In this document: positions 7,974 to 15,547 of the stretch, in pieces
How positions within the stretch are numbered: position 1 is the first letter of the stretch
Layout: each line of letters starts with the position of its first letter
DNA from: a virus
Reading direction: 5' to 3' (one strand)
Virus record (IMG/VR): IMGVR_UViG_3300009285_000012
Length of the DNA: 49,804 nucleotides
Made by a program: the position numbers and the translations under genes
The notes under the pieces: generated by a model
The model's database searches: none
What the model was told of the DNA's origin: nothing
Seen by the model: the letters and a program-made list of their open reading frames with translations, nothing else

Positions 7974-8177
7974 TTACCAGGGATTTTTGCTGAATTCTCC
8001 CTCCAGGCACGTGGGGAGTCCAGCCTTCTTGAGGACCAGTTCGGCCTCTTCCAAATCGTAATTCTTCAGGTGGCGCTCATATAGAGCACGGAGGTCGAAG
8101 AACTTGGATCGGGCTTGAGACTTACTCAGGCCCTCACGTTTCATAAGGTGATAGATGAGGAGATTATACGGGGTCAT
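7974..8177 (-). CDS. hypothetical protein (67 aa)
   Basis: ATG 8177 lies 1 nt after the stop of 8179..8322. The track's longer N-terminus overlaps that gene. Confidence 0.45.
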   Translation of the reverse strand: MTPYNLLIYHLMKREGLSKSQARSKFFDLRALYERHLKNYDLEEAELVLKKAGLPTCLEGEFSKNPW

Positions 8178-8178
8178 G

Positions 8179-8322
8179 TCAGTCACCAAGGGTAGAGTCT
8201 TTGAAGTCTTTGAACCATTTCCTACCAACCTTGAGGCCGGAGAGAGTCCACTCAAGAAGGAATCCGAGGGCCATAAGAGGAAGGGAGAGAAGCATGAAGA
8301 GGATTAGTCTTACTCTGGTCAT
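8179..8322 (-). CDS. small membrane protein (47 aa)
   Basis: AAGGAG SD before ATG 8322. Hydrophobic LILFMLLSLPLMALGFLL segment. Confidence 0.45.
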   Translation of the reverse strand: MTRVRLILFMLLSLPLMALGFLLEWTLSGLKVGRKWFKDFKDSTLGD

Positions 8323-8326
8323 AGTG

Positions 8327-8665
8327 TTAGATCTCCTTGTCAAATGATGAGGGTGAAGGGCCGACAGGATGCAGGCCAGATGGCACTGAGGTGCCCTGAG
8401 GGACCCAATTAGGGCAGGTGAGCTTAGATCCACAGATATGCTCCAAGGCGATAGGGAGGAAGGCATCTGGGTAGTGGCCTCCCCCTGGAGATGAGAGTTT
8501 GACCTGCATTAATGGAGAGGGGTCGGAGCAGCAGATCCACACTCCTACGAAGGTGTGAGAGTTGCAGAAAAGACACTTGCCTTCTCTACTAAAATGTGGC
8601 TTGGAGGCCACAGTTGCAGTGGGAGGCATTGGGAGTTGAGTGTTGACTCGGGAGATGGGATGCAT
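8327..8665 (-). CDS. Cys-rich protein (112 aa)
   Basis: AAGGAGG SD before ATG 8665. CLFC...CC...C...C pattern. Confidence 0.55.
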   Translation of the reverse strand: MHPISRVNTQLPMPPTATVASKPHFSREGKCLFCNSHTFVGVWICCSDPSPLMQVKLSSPGGGHYPDAFLPIALEHICGSKLTCPNWVPQGTSVPSGLHPVGPSPSSFDKEI

Positions 8666-8682
8666 TATGACCTCCTTTCTAA

Positions 8683-8886
8683 TTAGGGTTGAACCAGAGT
8701 GGGTTGAGAGCAGGGGACGATGAAGTTGTTCTTGACGGTGAAGTCAATCCCGACACGACGTCCCCACTTCACGGCCTCCAGATGAGTGTGAAATCCACCT
8801 TGGAGAAGGATAGTGTGAGTCTGGGCATCATCCTGAGCCACAATGATCCAGTTAGAGTAGTTAGTACGTTTGATGATGTAGTTCAT
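8683..8886 (-). CDS. hypothetical protein (67 aa)
   Basis: AAGGAGG SD before ATG 8886. Confidence 0.5.
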   Translation of the reverse strand: MNYIIKRTNYSNWIIVAQDDAQTHTILLQGGFHTHLEAVKWGRRVGIDFTVKNNFIVPCSQPTLVQP

Positions 8887-8936
8887 TTAGACCTCCTTGG
8901 GCCAAAGGCCCTATAGCTAACCACTGAGGCGGTGTG

Positions 8937-9086
8937 TTAGATAAGTGCCGCTGAGACCCTTTCCAGAGACTCTCTGAGAATGAAGATAGCTTGGGAGAGG
9001 ATGTAGAGAGCGCCGAGGGACATTCCTCCTATGACTAGGCCTGTGAGGAGGGATTGAAGTGCTTGGGCTGAGGGTGAACGGGTCAT
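8937..9086 (-). CDS. small membrane protein (49 aa), not in the ORF track
   Basis: My translation is MTRSPSAQALQSLLTGLVIGGMSLGALYILSQAIFILRESLERVSAALI. GGAGG lies 8 nt upstream. Starts 3 nt after the stop of 9090..9290. Confidence 0.45.
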   Translation of the reverse strand: MTRSPSAQALQSLLTGLVIGGMSLGALYILSQAIFILRESLERVSAALI

Positions 9087-9089
9087 AGC

Positions 9090-9290
9090 CTAGTCCTCCA
9101 TGAAGAGTTTATCAAAACACTTCTCACAAAGGCCCGAGATGTAATACTCACGACGACCTGCAGAGGAGTAACAGTTAGGAAGGGCAGGCTGTTTGCAGTC
9201 TATGCAGATGCCCTGATCCACAGCATCGGCCTTAGTCATAGAGTAAAGGTCTTGCTGCATTTCTTCTTGAAATTCTTTTAATGTAGTCAT
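9090..9290 (-). CDS. zinc-ribbon-like protein (66 aa)
   Basis: AAGGAG SD before ATG 9290. CIDC...C...CEKC. Confidence 0.55.
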   Translation of the reverse strand: MTTLKEFQEEMQQDLYSMTKADAVDQGICIDCKQPALPNCYSSAGRREYYISGLCEKCFDKLFMED

Positions 9291-9349
9291 TAAGATTCTC
9301 CTTATGTTGAAATATGGTGAGTTGGGCAAGAGGCCCCTAGGCTAATCGC

Positions 9350-9529
9350 TTAGGCGATGCGTCTTGTCTTGAGGGGCATAGATATAAACCTTCCTGAGAG
9401 AAGATGTCTCTCAATGATTTTGTGCCCTTGTTTAGTGATACGTTTAAGGCGGCCATACATGATGAAGTGGTGTGAACTGGTGTGTTCACATAAGACTCCA
9501 TTAATGAGAATTAGATTCTGTTGGGTCAT
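9350..9529 (-). CDS. small basic protein (59 aa), not in the ORF track
   Basis: ATGA start/stop overlap with 9526..9753 and AAGGAG 9 nt upstream. My translation is MTQQNLILINGVLCEHTSSHHFIMYGRLKRITKQGHKIIERHLLSGRFISMPLKTRRIA. Confidence 0.4.
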   Translation of the reverse strand: MTQQNLILINGVLCEHTSSHHFIMYGRLKRITKQGHKIIERHLLSGRFISMPLKTRRIA

Positions 9530-9753
9530 GAGTTCATCTCCTTAAGTGCTGAGTTCATCTCACATCTGAAATCAGTCTGATTAGGAAGAAGGTGCCAGAA
9601 ATAGTAGGAACAATCAGGACAACGAGCATCCCACTTACTATCATCATTTATGTAGCCATAGGACTGATAATATGAAAGAAAACTCCAATTAGAATTACAG
9701 TTACACAGTGGACGAATCCTTCTACTCTTGGATTTATAGTTGTAATAGTCCAT
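9526..9753 (-). CDS. Cys-rich protein (75 aa)
   Basis: AAGGAG SD before ATG 9753. CNC...CPDC. Confidence 0.5.
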   Translation of the reverse strand: MDYYNYKSKSRRIRPLCNCNSNWSFLSYYQSYGYINDDSKWDARCPDCSYYFWHLLPNQTDFRCEMNSALKEMNS

Positions 9754-9821
9754 AATAATCTCCTTCTGTCTAAGACAAGGTTGTGGAAGAGTCCAGGTCT
9801 GACCGCTTGAGGCGGTGTGGG

Positions 9822-9848
9822 TTGCTATGTTAATTAATGATACATAGG
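9822..9848. promoter_or_regulatory. Palindromic-motif copy
   Basis: TTGCTATGTTAATTAATGATACATAGG. Intergenic, 68 nt upstream of ATG 9753 (minus). Confidence 0.85.
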
Positions 9849-9857
9849 AATTCTCCT

Positions 9858-10070
9858 CTACTGGCTCATCTCCAAGTTAGTCTTAGCAATGCTGAAGACT
9901 TGTCTGTCTGGGCGCTGAGGTACAAAGTGGAGTAGCATCTCCACCCTAAGGAGTGCATCCGAAGAGGGGCAGGTCCAATTAAGACGCCTGACCCTCAGGA
10001 CAAATTCTTCATTAGACTTGGCCACTTCTATAACTCTCTTGTGATCTTTTCTAGGCATAGTTCCCTTCAT
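9858..10070 (-). CDS. hypothetical protein (about 66-70 aa)
   Basis: Co-directional ORF. Start is ATG 10070 or 10058. The longer track version overlaps 10078..10329. Confidence 0.4.
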   Translation of the reverse strand: MKGTMPRKDHKRVIEVAKSNEEFVLRVRRLNWTCPSSDALLRVEMLLHFVPQRPDRQVFSIAKTNLEMSQ

Positions 10071-10077
10071 TCTAAAA

Positions 10078-10329
10078 TTAGGCTGAAAAAGGTTTGTGAT
10101 AGGATGTTTCTGGCATTGCCCAATAGTTATAACCCATATGATTATCACTATAGAGAGATGCTGACAATTTAGCCTGATCTTCGGAAAGCCCTACACGGAT
10201 AATAACTCCTTTGGATGTAATGTCTTTTATTCCACGTCTAACAACTATCCACATGTTAGGATTATCCAAATGTATTGCACAGGAACAAACTTGAGGAGCA
10301 TTGCCACAATTAGGACAGGTAAGTACCAT
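10078..10329 (-). CDS. zinc-ribbon-like protein (83 aa)
   Basis: N-terminal CPNC...CSC. AAGGAG SD. Confidence 0.5.
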   Translation of the reverse strand: MVLTCPNCGNAPQVCSCAIHLDNPNMWIVVRRGIKDITSKGVIIRVGLSEDQAKLSASLYSDNHMGYNYWAMPETSYHKPFSA

Positions 10330-10380
10330 TATAATCTCCTTATGATAGAGTAGTTGAATTGGTGCCCAAATGGGAGAGCC

Positions 10381-10590
10381 CTAATCCCTGAGGGGATGTG
10401 CCTTGAGTGCACACTCCATGTTCTCAATGATGTGGAGATTGGATTCGAAGAGAGTTTTAGCCGAAGATGCACACTCTGATACGCCTGAGGGCGTCAGTGC
10501 CCCCATTCTACTTAATAAGGTTGTAATGTGAAGATGATGCTGATAATTAGTTGTGGCCAATTCCTTCAGGTGATTAATTGAAGTTGTCAT
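10381..10590 (-). CDS. hypothetical protein (69 aa)
   Basis: Co-directional. Its 3' end carries the ATCCCCTCAGGGATTAG hairpin element. Confidence 0.5.
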   Translation of the reverse strand: MTTSINHLKELATTNYQHHLHITTLLSRMGALTPSGVSECASSAKTLFESNLHIIENMECALKAHPLRD

Positions 10591-10593
10591 AAC

Positions 10594-10815
10594 TTACCTC
10601 CTCAGCCATTTTAGGCCTAGGATAGCTGCCCAGTCTGCCATTTTGTCGAAGGAGTCAAACTTGGCAATCATCCTTCTGTTAGTATGCACATAGTAGGCAT
10701 GAGAGTGAGGCTCACATGTAACTGAGTGCACTGGTATTCCCCATTTATTGAGGAAGGTCCCTACGGGTAATCCGTAGCGGTGTAATCTAATCTTATCTGC
10801 CTTGCTTAGGCTCAT
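10594..10815 (-). CDS. hypothetical protein (73 aa)
   Basis: Best start is ATG 10815 (TAGGAG 8 nt upstream). The track version (to 10926) begins at a TTG without an SD. Confidence 0.5.
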   Translation of the reverse strand: MSLSKADKIRLHRYGLPVGTFLNKWGIPVHSVTCEPHSHAYYVHTNRRMIAKFDSFDKMADWAAILGLKWLRR

Positions 10816-11156
10816 TGTAGATTCTCCTATATCTGATCGTGAGATTCTGCTCATCATACCCATATTATATATCCGAATGGTGGGTGTGTCAATTAGATGC
10901 TGAATTAAATTTGTTGTGCTGAGCAAATGTAGATGATGGGTTGTGTGGGTGTAATGCCCAAATGCACCAAATGGCTCAGATGCCCAAACGCTCCATTTGT
11001 TTATTTGCTGTGGGTACCATACACGGTTAAATTTCCTCTTCAGTTCAATCCTTTCAGTATATACTTCTACCTATGTAGAATTTTTACTTAAATATTTACT
11101 TCCTATATATACTTTGAGTTATATAATTGGAAGAATGGCCTGAAAATTGGCGCGCA

Positions 11157-11166
11157 CCCCCCCCCC
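11157..11166. repeat. C10 homopolymer tract
   Basis: GGCGCGCA followed by CCCCCCCCCC, in the non-coding AT-rich region. Confidence 0.9.
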
Positions 11167-11222
11167 AGCAGATAAACCAATGGGGCATTTAGGCATTTAT
11201 TCCACACAATGCATTTGCCCAT

Positions 11223-11357
11223 TCACTCCATTACAAACCTAATCTCACCCTCCCCTCTAAATTGATCATACCAACTCTCGATCATCCACTCAGGAAGATA
11301 CGTGTGGAGCTGCATCCTGAGGAAGAATCTGTTGAACCTCTTGCTGTAAGTAATCAT
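11223..11357 (-). CDS. small protein (44 aa), not in the ORF track
   Basis: AAGGAGG lies 6 nt before ATG 11357. My translation is MITYSKRFNRFFLRMQLHTYLPEWMIESWYDQFRGEGEIRFVME. The motif copy is immediately upstream. Confidence 0.45.
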   Translation of the reverse strand: MITYSKRFNRFFLRMQLHTYLPEWMIESWYDQFRGEGEIRFVME

Positions 11358-11370
11358 AGCTGACCTCCTT

Positions 11371-11397
11371 TCCTATGTGTCATTAATTAACAAAGCA
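11371..11397. promoter_or_regulatory. Palindromic-motif copy
   Basis: TCCTATGTGTCATTAATTAACAAAGCA. 13 nt upstream of ATG 11357 (minus). Reversed A/B orientation relative to most copies. Confidence 0.75.
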
Positions 11398-11451
11398 TTC
11401 CCCCTTTCCTCATAATGCCCATGTGATAGCCTACTCCACCTTTCTTCCTCT

Positions 11452-11835
11452 TTACTTCCCCGTCAAGCTGTCGTACTGCTCCTGAGTAATCAGTCCATCT
11501 TCGAACATCTTCAGCAACTTCTCCTCAGGACTCATTGCTGCAACCTCCCTCTTGTACGCCTCCATCTTCTCTTCCTGCGTCAAGGCCCTGGCCACTTTCT
11601 TTGCGAACAGGGCATGACCCAGATCGAGAGTCTTAGGATACTCCCCCTTGATGAACTTGTCCCAGTTGGGACGAATCTGCCCTTGCAATTCCACGACGAA
11701 TGCCTTGAGTGCATACTTCTCCAGCACATCTTGAGGCACGTCCATCTCTACTTCAAGATCAACAGGGTGCAGGTTCTTCAATGCCTTCTGTTCTGCGTCC
11801 ATTGCTACTTTGAAACTAACCTTTTGAGTTGTCAT
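11452..11835 (-). CDS. hypothetical protein (127 aa), first gene of the leftward arm, GC-rich
   Basis: AAAGGAGA SD. The second ATG (11835) has better spacing. Lies downstream of the extended -10 promoter 11876..11903. Confidence 0.6.
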   Translation of the reverse strand: MTTQKVSFKVAMDAEQKALKNLHPVDLEVEMDVPQDVLEKYALKAFVVELQGQIRPNWDKFIKGEYPKTLDLGHALFAKKVARALTQEEKMEAYKREVAAMSPEEKLLKMFEDGLITQEQYDSLTGK

Positions 11836-11875
11836 AGTCATTCTCCTTTCATTGAGTGTTAACCTGAGGGAGTAG

Positions 11876-11903
11876 ACTATAACATGAGCATTATTCCTTG
11901 CAC
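11876..11903 (-). promoter_or_regulatory. Leftward sigma70-type promoter (extended -10)
   Basis: Minus strand reads GTGCAA-16 nt-TATAGT preceded by TGT (TGTTATAGT). About 35-40 nt upstream of the first leftward gene. Confidence 0.45.
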
Positions 11904-12221
11904 TCTCCAGTGCTATTCACCGTGGACCCATGGGACTGGTGCCCGCCCCGGTGCGCCTGGCCTTGGCCAGGTTATGTCAAACTCCATCCAGTGATCCGCA
12001 TTAGGAGAGCCCTTGGGCCTCCGCCCTTCCCCGTGGTGGGAAGCTTCCCGGATGACTTCATTATACCATATCCACCAGACTTTGCAATAATGTTGCCCGT
12101 GGGAGTTGGGCCGGCCCCTATGGGGGATTCCCTCTCGGTCACCCCCAGCAACCTCTTATACGCATTTTGTCACAAGATTGGATATGGTACCATTTGGTGA
12201 CACCCTCCCAGACACCTTATG

Positions 12222-12248
12222 TTGCTATGTATCATAATGATACATAGG
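12222..12248. promoter_or_regulatory. Palindromic-motif copy (A+A type, perfect palindrome) in the divergent control region
   Basis: TTGCTATGTATCATAATGATACATAGG. 12225..12247 is a perfect 23-bp palindrome centred on 12236. GGTACC sites at 12186 and 12281 are equidistant from that centre. Confidence 0.85.
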
Positions 12249-12347
12249 AAGGGTCTCTTCTGATTGGGCATGATCCAGATGGTACCAATTCAGACTCTGG
12301 GCCTGAGGGCCTGAGGCCAAGGCCTCTTAATGGCGCCAATTCTATCC

Positions 12348-12376
12348 TTGACACCTCCCTGGCCTTCTGGTAAACT
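12348..12376 (+). promoter_or_regulatory. Rightward sigma70-type promoter
   Basis: TTGACA (perfect)-17 nt-TAAACT, 45 nt upstream of ATG 12422. Confidence 0.55.
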
Positions 12377-12421
12377 TTTGATAATGGGATTACTGGGATT
12401 TTTCTTCAAAGAGGTTAGGAT

Positions 12422-13015
12422 ATGGCTGGAGGACTTAAGACACAAATTTATGAGAGGGCGTCTGGAGAACGTGTAGAATATACGTATCCAATAGATAAGT
12501 ATTCTGATCCTAATAGGAAGGATGGTCGTAGAAAGTCTACTACCAAGACCTGGAAAGTAGCTGAAATGTGGGACAATCATCATGAGATTGCCCGGAGGCT
12601 GGTCTTGGGGCAAAAGGGTGAAGACATTGCTAGAGATCTTGGATGTTCAGGACAGTTAGTTAGTAATGTGAAAAACTCCCCTGTGGTCAAAGACAAACTC
12701 GCCATTATGAGTGCAGCTAGAGATGCAGGTACTATCAATCTTGCTAGGGAGATTGCTGACCTTGCCCCTCTAGCGGTGCAGAAGATCAGAGAGGCTATTG
12801 AAACTGGCCAGGTCAATGGCAAGGAGTGCAATGCTTCTTCGATCCTCAAAGAATGTAATGGTGTCTTAGATAGGGAGATGGGTAAGGCCATTCAGAGGGT
12901 GGACACTCGTGGAGTGTATGCTCACTTGACGGGCGAGGATCTGGAGAGGATTAAGGCTCGTGCTAAGGAGTTGGCTCCAGAGGCTCCTGTTGAGGAGAAT
13001 ATTTATGAAGACTAA
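12422..13015 (+). CDS. HTH DNA-binding protein (small terminase or late-transcription regulator candidate)
   Basis: First gene of the rightward arm. HHEIARRLVLGQKGEDIARDLGCSGQLVSNV resembles a sigma-region-4/TerS-type HTH. Function not resolved. Confidence 0.55.
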   Translation: MAGGLKTQIYERASGERVEYTYPIDKYSDPNRKDGRRKSTTKTWKVAEMWDNHHEIARRLVLGQKGEDIARDLGCSGQLVSNVKNSPVVKDKLAIMSAARDAGTINLAREIADLAPLAVQKIREAIETGQVNGKECNASSILKECNGVLDREMGKAIQRVDTRGVYAHLTGEDLERIKARAKELAPEAPVEENIYED

Positions 13016-13295
13016 TGAGACTCTACGCGCCCGCGGCCCAGGGGCTACTTCAGACACTGAAGACTCGTCGCTCCCGCAGGGCCTGGAAGCTTTCAAGGGT
13101 AGCCCCAATCATGATGCAAGATTTCAGTATTGCCTTCTCTTCTCATTTGTCCTACTAGTCTTGGTAATGTGTATCTTTGGAGACAAGTTGGGAAGTGCTC
13201 AGGTGGGCCTGGTAGGTGGGGGGATTGGCACTTTGGCTGGCCTCCTCAAGCAAACACAGTATTTACCTAAGAGGTCTAGTGATGATTCCAAGTAG
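13005..13295 (+). CDS. membrane protein (96 aa), holin-class candidate
   Basis: ATG 13005 overlaps the upstream stop. Hydrophobic segments YCLLFSFVLLVLVMCIF and GLVGGGIGTLAGLL. Confidence 0.45.
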   Translation: MKTNETLRARGPGATSDTEDSSLPQGLEAFKGSPNHDARFQYCLLFSFVLLVLVMCIFGDKLGSAQVGLVGGGIGTLAGLLKQTQYLPKRSSDDSK

Positions 13296-13536
13296 CTTAG
13301 TGGCTCAGTATCCAGACTTGGCAGTTTGGGCAATCACTGTATGCCTAATTATCATAGGGGCTTTAGCTAATTGGACGGGATGGCTTCTTAAAAAGTCTAT
13401 AGATCGCCTCACTCTCACCATTGATAAGATGCAACTCTCTGTAAATGATTTAGGGACAAGAGTCTCAGTAATCGAAGCCACATGTCAGCTTCGCAGGAAG
13501 ACAGACATTCCTTGTAGTTATCTTAGTAAAGAATAA
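13282..13536 (+). CDS. membrane protein (84 aa)
   Basis: ATG 13282 overlaps the upstream gene. One TM segment (LAVWAITVCLIIIGALANWTGWLL) followed by a coiled tail. Confidence 0.45.
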   Translation: MIPSSLVAQYPDLAVWAITVCLIIIGALANWTGWLLKKSIDRLTLTIDKMQLSVNDLGTRVSVIEATCQLRRKTDIPCSYLSKE

Positions 13537-13537
13537 A

Positions 13538-13564
13538 TTGCTTTATATCAAAAATTAACATAGG
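13538..13564. promoter_or_regulatory. Palindromic-motif copy (degenerate left arm)
   Basis: TTGCTTTATATCAAAAATTAACATAGG. 15 nt upstream of ATG 13580. Confidence 0.65.
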
Positions 13565-13579
13565 AATCATTATACAAAT

Positions 13580-13909
13580 ATGAAAGCTATATCTAATTAT
13601 TCAGGAAGGCCTGGAACTACTGTTACATTCACTGCTTCTGCAGATACTGCCTACTCTCTTACAGATATGTTAGTAGACCTGATAGATGTCTCAGGAAGAT
13701 CTGCTTATATGATTCTTATCTCCTTTGAAACCAATCCCGTTCGTGTCTCCTTTACTGCTGATGCTTCCCAAACACTTGGGCATTATAGGACTTCTGGTGA
13801 GGCTTTTCAGGTTGAAGGTGTTAAGGCTTTAGCTACTCTAACCATAGCTAATGCGACTGCTGGAGATAATTTTACGGCACAAATAACTCCATTCTTCATT
13901 AATTACTGA
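13580..13909 (+). CDS. hypothetical protein (109 aa)
   Basis: Co-directional. Follows a motif copy. Confidence 0.5.
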   Translation: MKAISNYSGRPGTTVTFTASADTAYSLTDMLVDLIDVSGRSAYMILISFETNPVRVSFTADASQTLGHYRTSGEAFQVEGVKALATLTIANATAGDNFTAQITPFFINY

Positions 13910-13910
13910 T

Positions 13911-14597
13911 ATGACTATGACTATACTAAATCCTAGTATTTTAATTGCTAAAAGGCCAATTTTACCATTTCCTGGATCATTTGTAATAGTTGATAAATCT
14001 AATGTAGAGTTATCTACTCTTACAACCTCGGATCCTGTATCTGTTACAGGCCTTTCAGGACCTGCTATTATTTCTATAGTAGGGGGCACATATAGGTTAA
14101 ATGGTGCTGGAGATTTTGTTTCGACTCCAGGAGTCTTTTCTCCAGGAGATACCTTTGAAGTACAAGTTACTTCCTCAGATACTCCTAGTACAGCTGTTAG
14201 TGCTACTATAACTATTAATGGGGTAAGTTCTACTTTTGTTGTAACTACATGGATAAATTTAGCTCTAAATGGTACTTTTGATAGTGATACTATTTGGATT
14301 AAGGGGACTGGGTGGAGTATTGCCGGAGGAGTTGCTCATCATTCCTCAGGAACTGCTAGTGGTTTGCGACAAGGGTCTATATTAACTATCGGGGTACAAT
14401 ATTCTTGTACTTTTACTATTCTTAATTATGTTAGTAATTCAGTAACTCCTCTTGCCGGAAGTACTTCTGGAACCGCTAGAAGTGCAAATGGTACTTATAC
14501 AGAAACGATTACTTGTGCAGGGGGCACCTCTTTTCAGTTATTTTGTAATTCCACTTTTGTATCAGATATTGATAATGTAACAGTAAGGGCACTATGA
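13911..14597 (+). CDS. beta-sandwich / carbohydrate-binding-like protein (228 aa)
   Basis: Ig-like segment (...TAVSATITINGVSSTFVVTT) followed by NGTFDSDTIWIKGTGWSIAGG, typical of fibre/CBM modules. Motif level only. Confidence 0.45.
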   Translation: MTMTILNPSILIAKRPILPFPGSFVIVDKSNVELSTLTTSDPVSVTGLSGPAIISIVGGTYRLNGAGDFVSTPGVFSPGDTFEVQVTSSDTPSTAVSATITINGVSSTFVVTTWINLALNGTFDSDTIWIKGTGWSIAGGVAHHSSGTASGLRQGSILTIGVQYSCTFTILNYVSNSVTPLAGSTSGTARSANGTYTETITCAGGTSFQLFCNSTFVSDIDNVTVRAL

Positions 14598-14962
14598 GAA
14601 TACTATATATATTATTTATACTCTTTTTAACCTCTTCTTGTGCTCCAATGCCAGGGAATACACTGTTTGAGGGGCTGAAAGAGCCGACAAGGTTAGAAGA
14701 GATTGAAGATTACAAGGTGGTTATCGACCCTATCATGACATCTGTCACATGCAACCAACTTCTGCTTAGAAATGGACAATACGGTCTATTTACCATGGTT
14801 GTCCTGGGCAATGGCGGATTTGTCCCGGCCTGCGTCGACTTGCACGCCAGCTGGAAGACATTGAAAATTGATAGGTGTCATATCTACTCTTCATTCGACT
14901 TGAACTTTCTCATTGAGCATGAGCAGAGACACTGCATGGGGTATCAAGATGTACTTTATTGA
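14594..14962 (+). CDS. secreted/lipoprotein candidate with HExxH motif (122 aa)
   Basis: Signal-like MRILYILFILFLTSSC plus C-terminal HEQRH (HExxH). Confidence 0.5.
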   Translation: MRILYILFILFLTSSCAPMPGNTLFEGLKEPTRLEEIEDYKVVIDPIMTSVTCNQLLLRNGQYGLFTMVVLGNGGFVPACVDLHASWKTLKIDRCHIYSSFDLNFLIEHEQRHCMGYQDVLY

Positions 14963-14971
14963 GGTGAGATT

Positions 14972-15535
14972 ATGAAGGCGCTTTATCAACTGTTCTTTCT
15001 GTTATTTACTGGTATTCTTCTTTCAGGATGTGGGGCACTAGAGGGGACTGGATTCCTTCAGGACAATTCTCAAGTTAATCAGCTCATAGCTAAATCTGAT
15101 GAGAATATGCTTAAAGCTCTGGCTGACGGCCTTGTGGCTTGTGGAGAGAATGAGGGGTGTAAGATTGCCCTAAGTTCTGCATACTTTTCCCAAATTGGGC
15201 AACGTAAGTTCTTCAAGCCTGAGAGTGTTAGTGACGTACTTCTGGCAGGATCTAGATATATACCTCTGGTGGATGAGGCAATTAGACTCTGGGCCAATCC
15301 GTCCTATGGGGCAGGAAGTAATGGTGGCCTAGTCTTAGTTGGAGATAATAATCAAGTCAGTAATCTTGGCAACAGAACTACTGCTGATAATCAGAGTTCA
15401 ATCACTGGGACGTTTGATACTGAAAGTAGAATTGAGCATCTTGTCTATACTCAAGATTCTACACAATCAAGTAGTAATGGCACTGGATCTGTAGAGAACG
15501 TTGAAAATCAGCAGGACCAGAATTACAAACCTTAG
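14972..15535 (+). CDS. lipoprotein (187 aa)
   Basis: Signal peptide with lipobox LLSGC. Ser/Asn/Gln-rich mature part. Confidence 0.6.
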   Translation: MKALYQLFFLLFTGILLSGCGALEGTGFLQDNSQVNQLIAKSDENMLKALADGLVACGENEGCKIALSSAYFSQIGQRKFFKPESVSDVLLAGSRYIPLVDEAIRLWANPSYGAGSNGGLVLVGDNNQVSNLGNRTTADNQSSITGTFDTESRIEHLVYTQDSTQSSSNGTGSVENVENQQDQNYKP

Positions 15536-15547
15536 TTAAGGTGACTT

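Noticed and set aside
9357-9545. 62-aa plus-strand ORF in the leftward arm
   Set aside because: It is antisense to a co-directional 59-aa ORF (9350..9529) that has AAGGAG and an ATGA overlap with its upstream gene.
11065-11085. TTCTAC-CTAT-GTAGAA hairpin plus T5 as a plus-strand terminator
   Set aside because: No plus-strand gene lies upstream, and the stem is short and AT-rich. It is more plausibly part of the AT-rich repeat region.
11898-12200. 100-aa plus-strand ORF (Pro/Trp-rich) in the divergent control region
   Set aside because: It starts at TTG with no SD and lies in a GC-rich stretch where long open frames arise by chance. Its composition looks non-protein-like. I treat the region as non-coding and structured, pending evidence.
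12290-13108. Minus-strand ORFs 12290..12613, 12580..12891 and 12866..13108
   Set aside because: They are antisense to the HTH gene and the following membrane-protein gene at the head of the rightward arm. No SDs.
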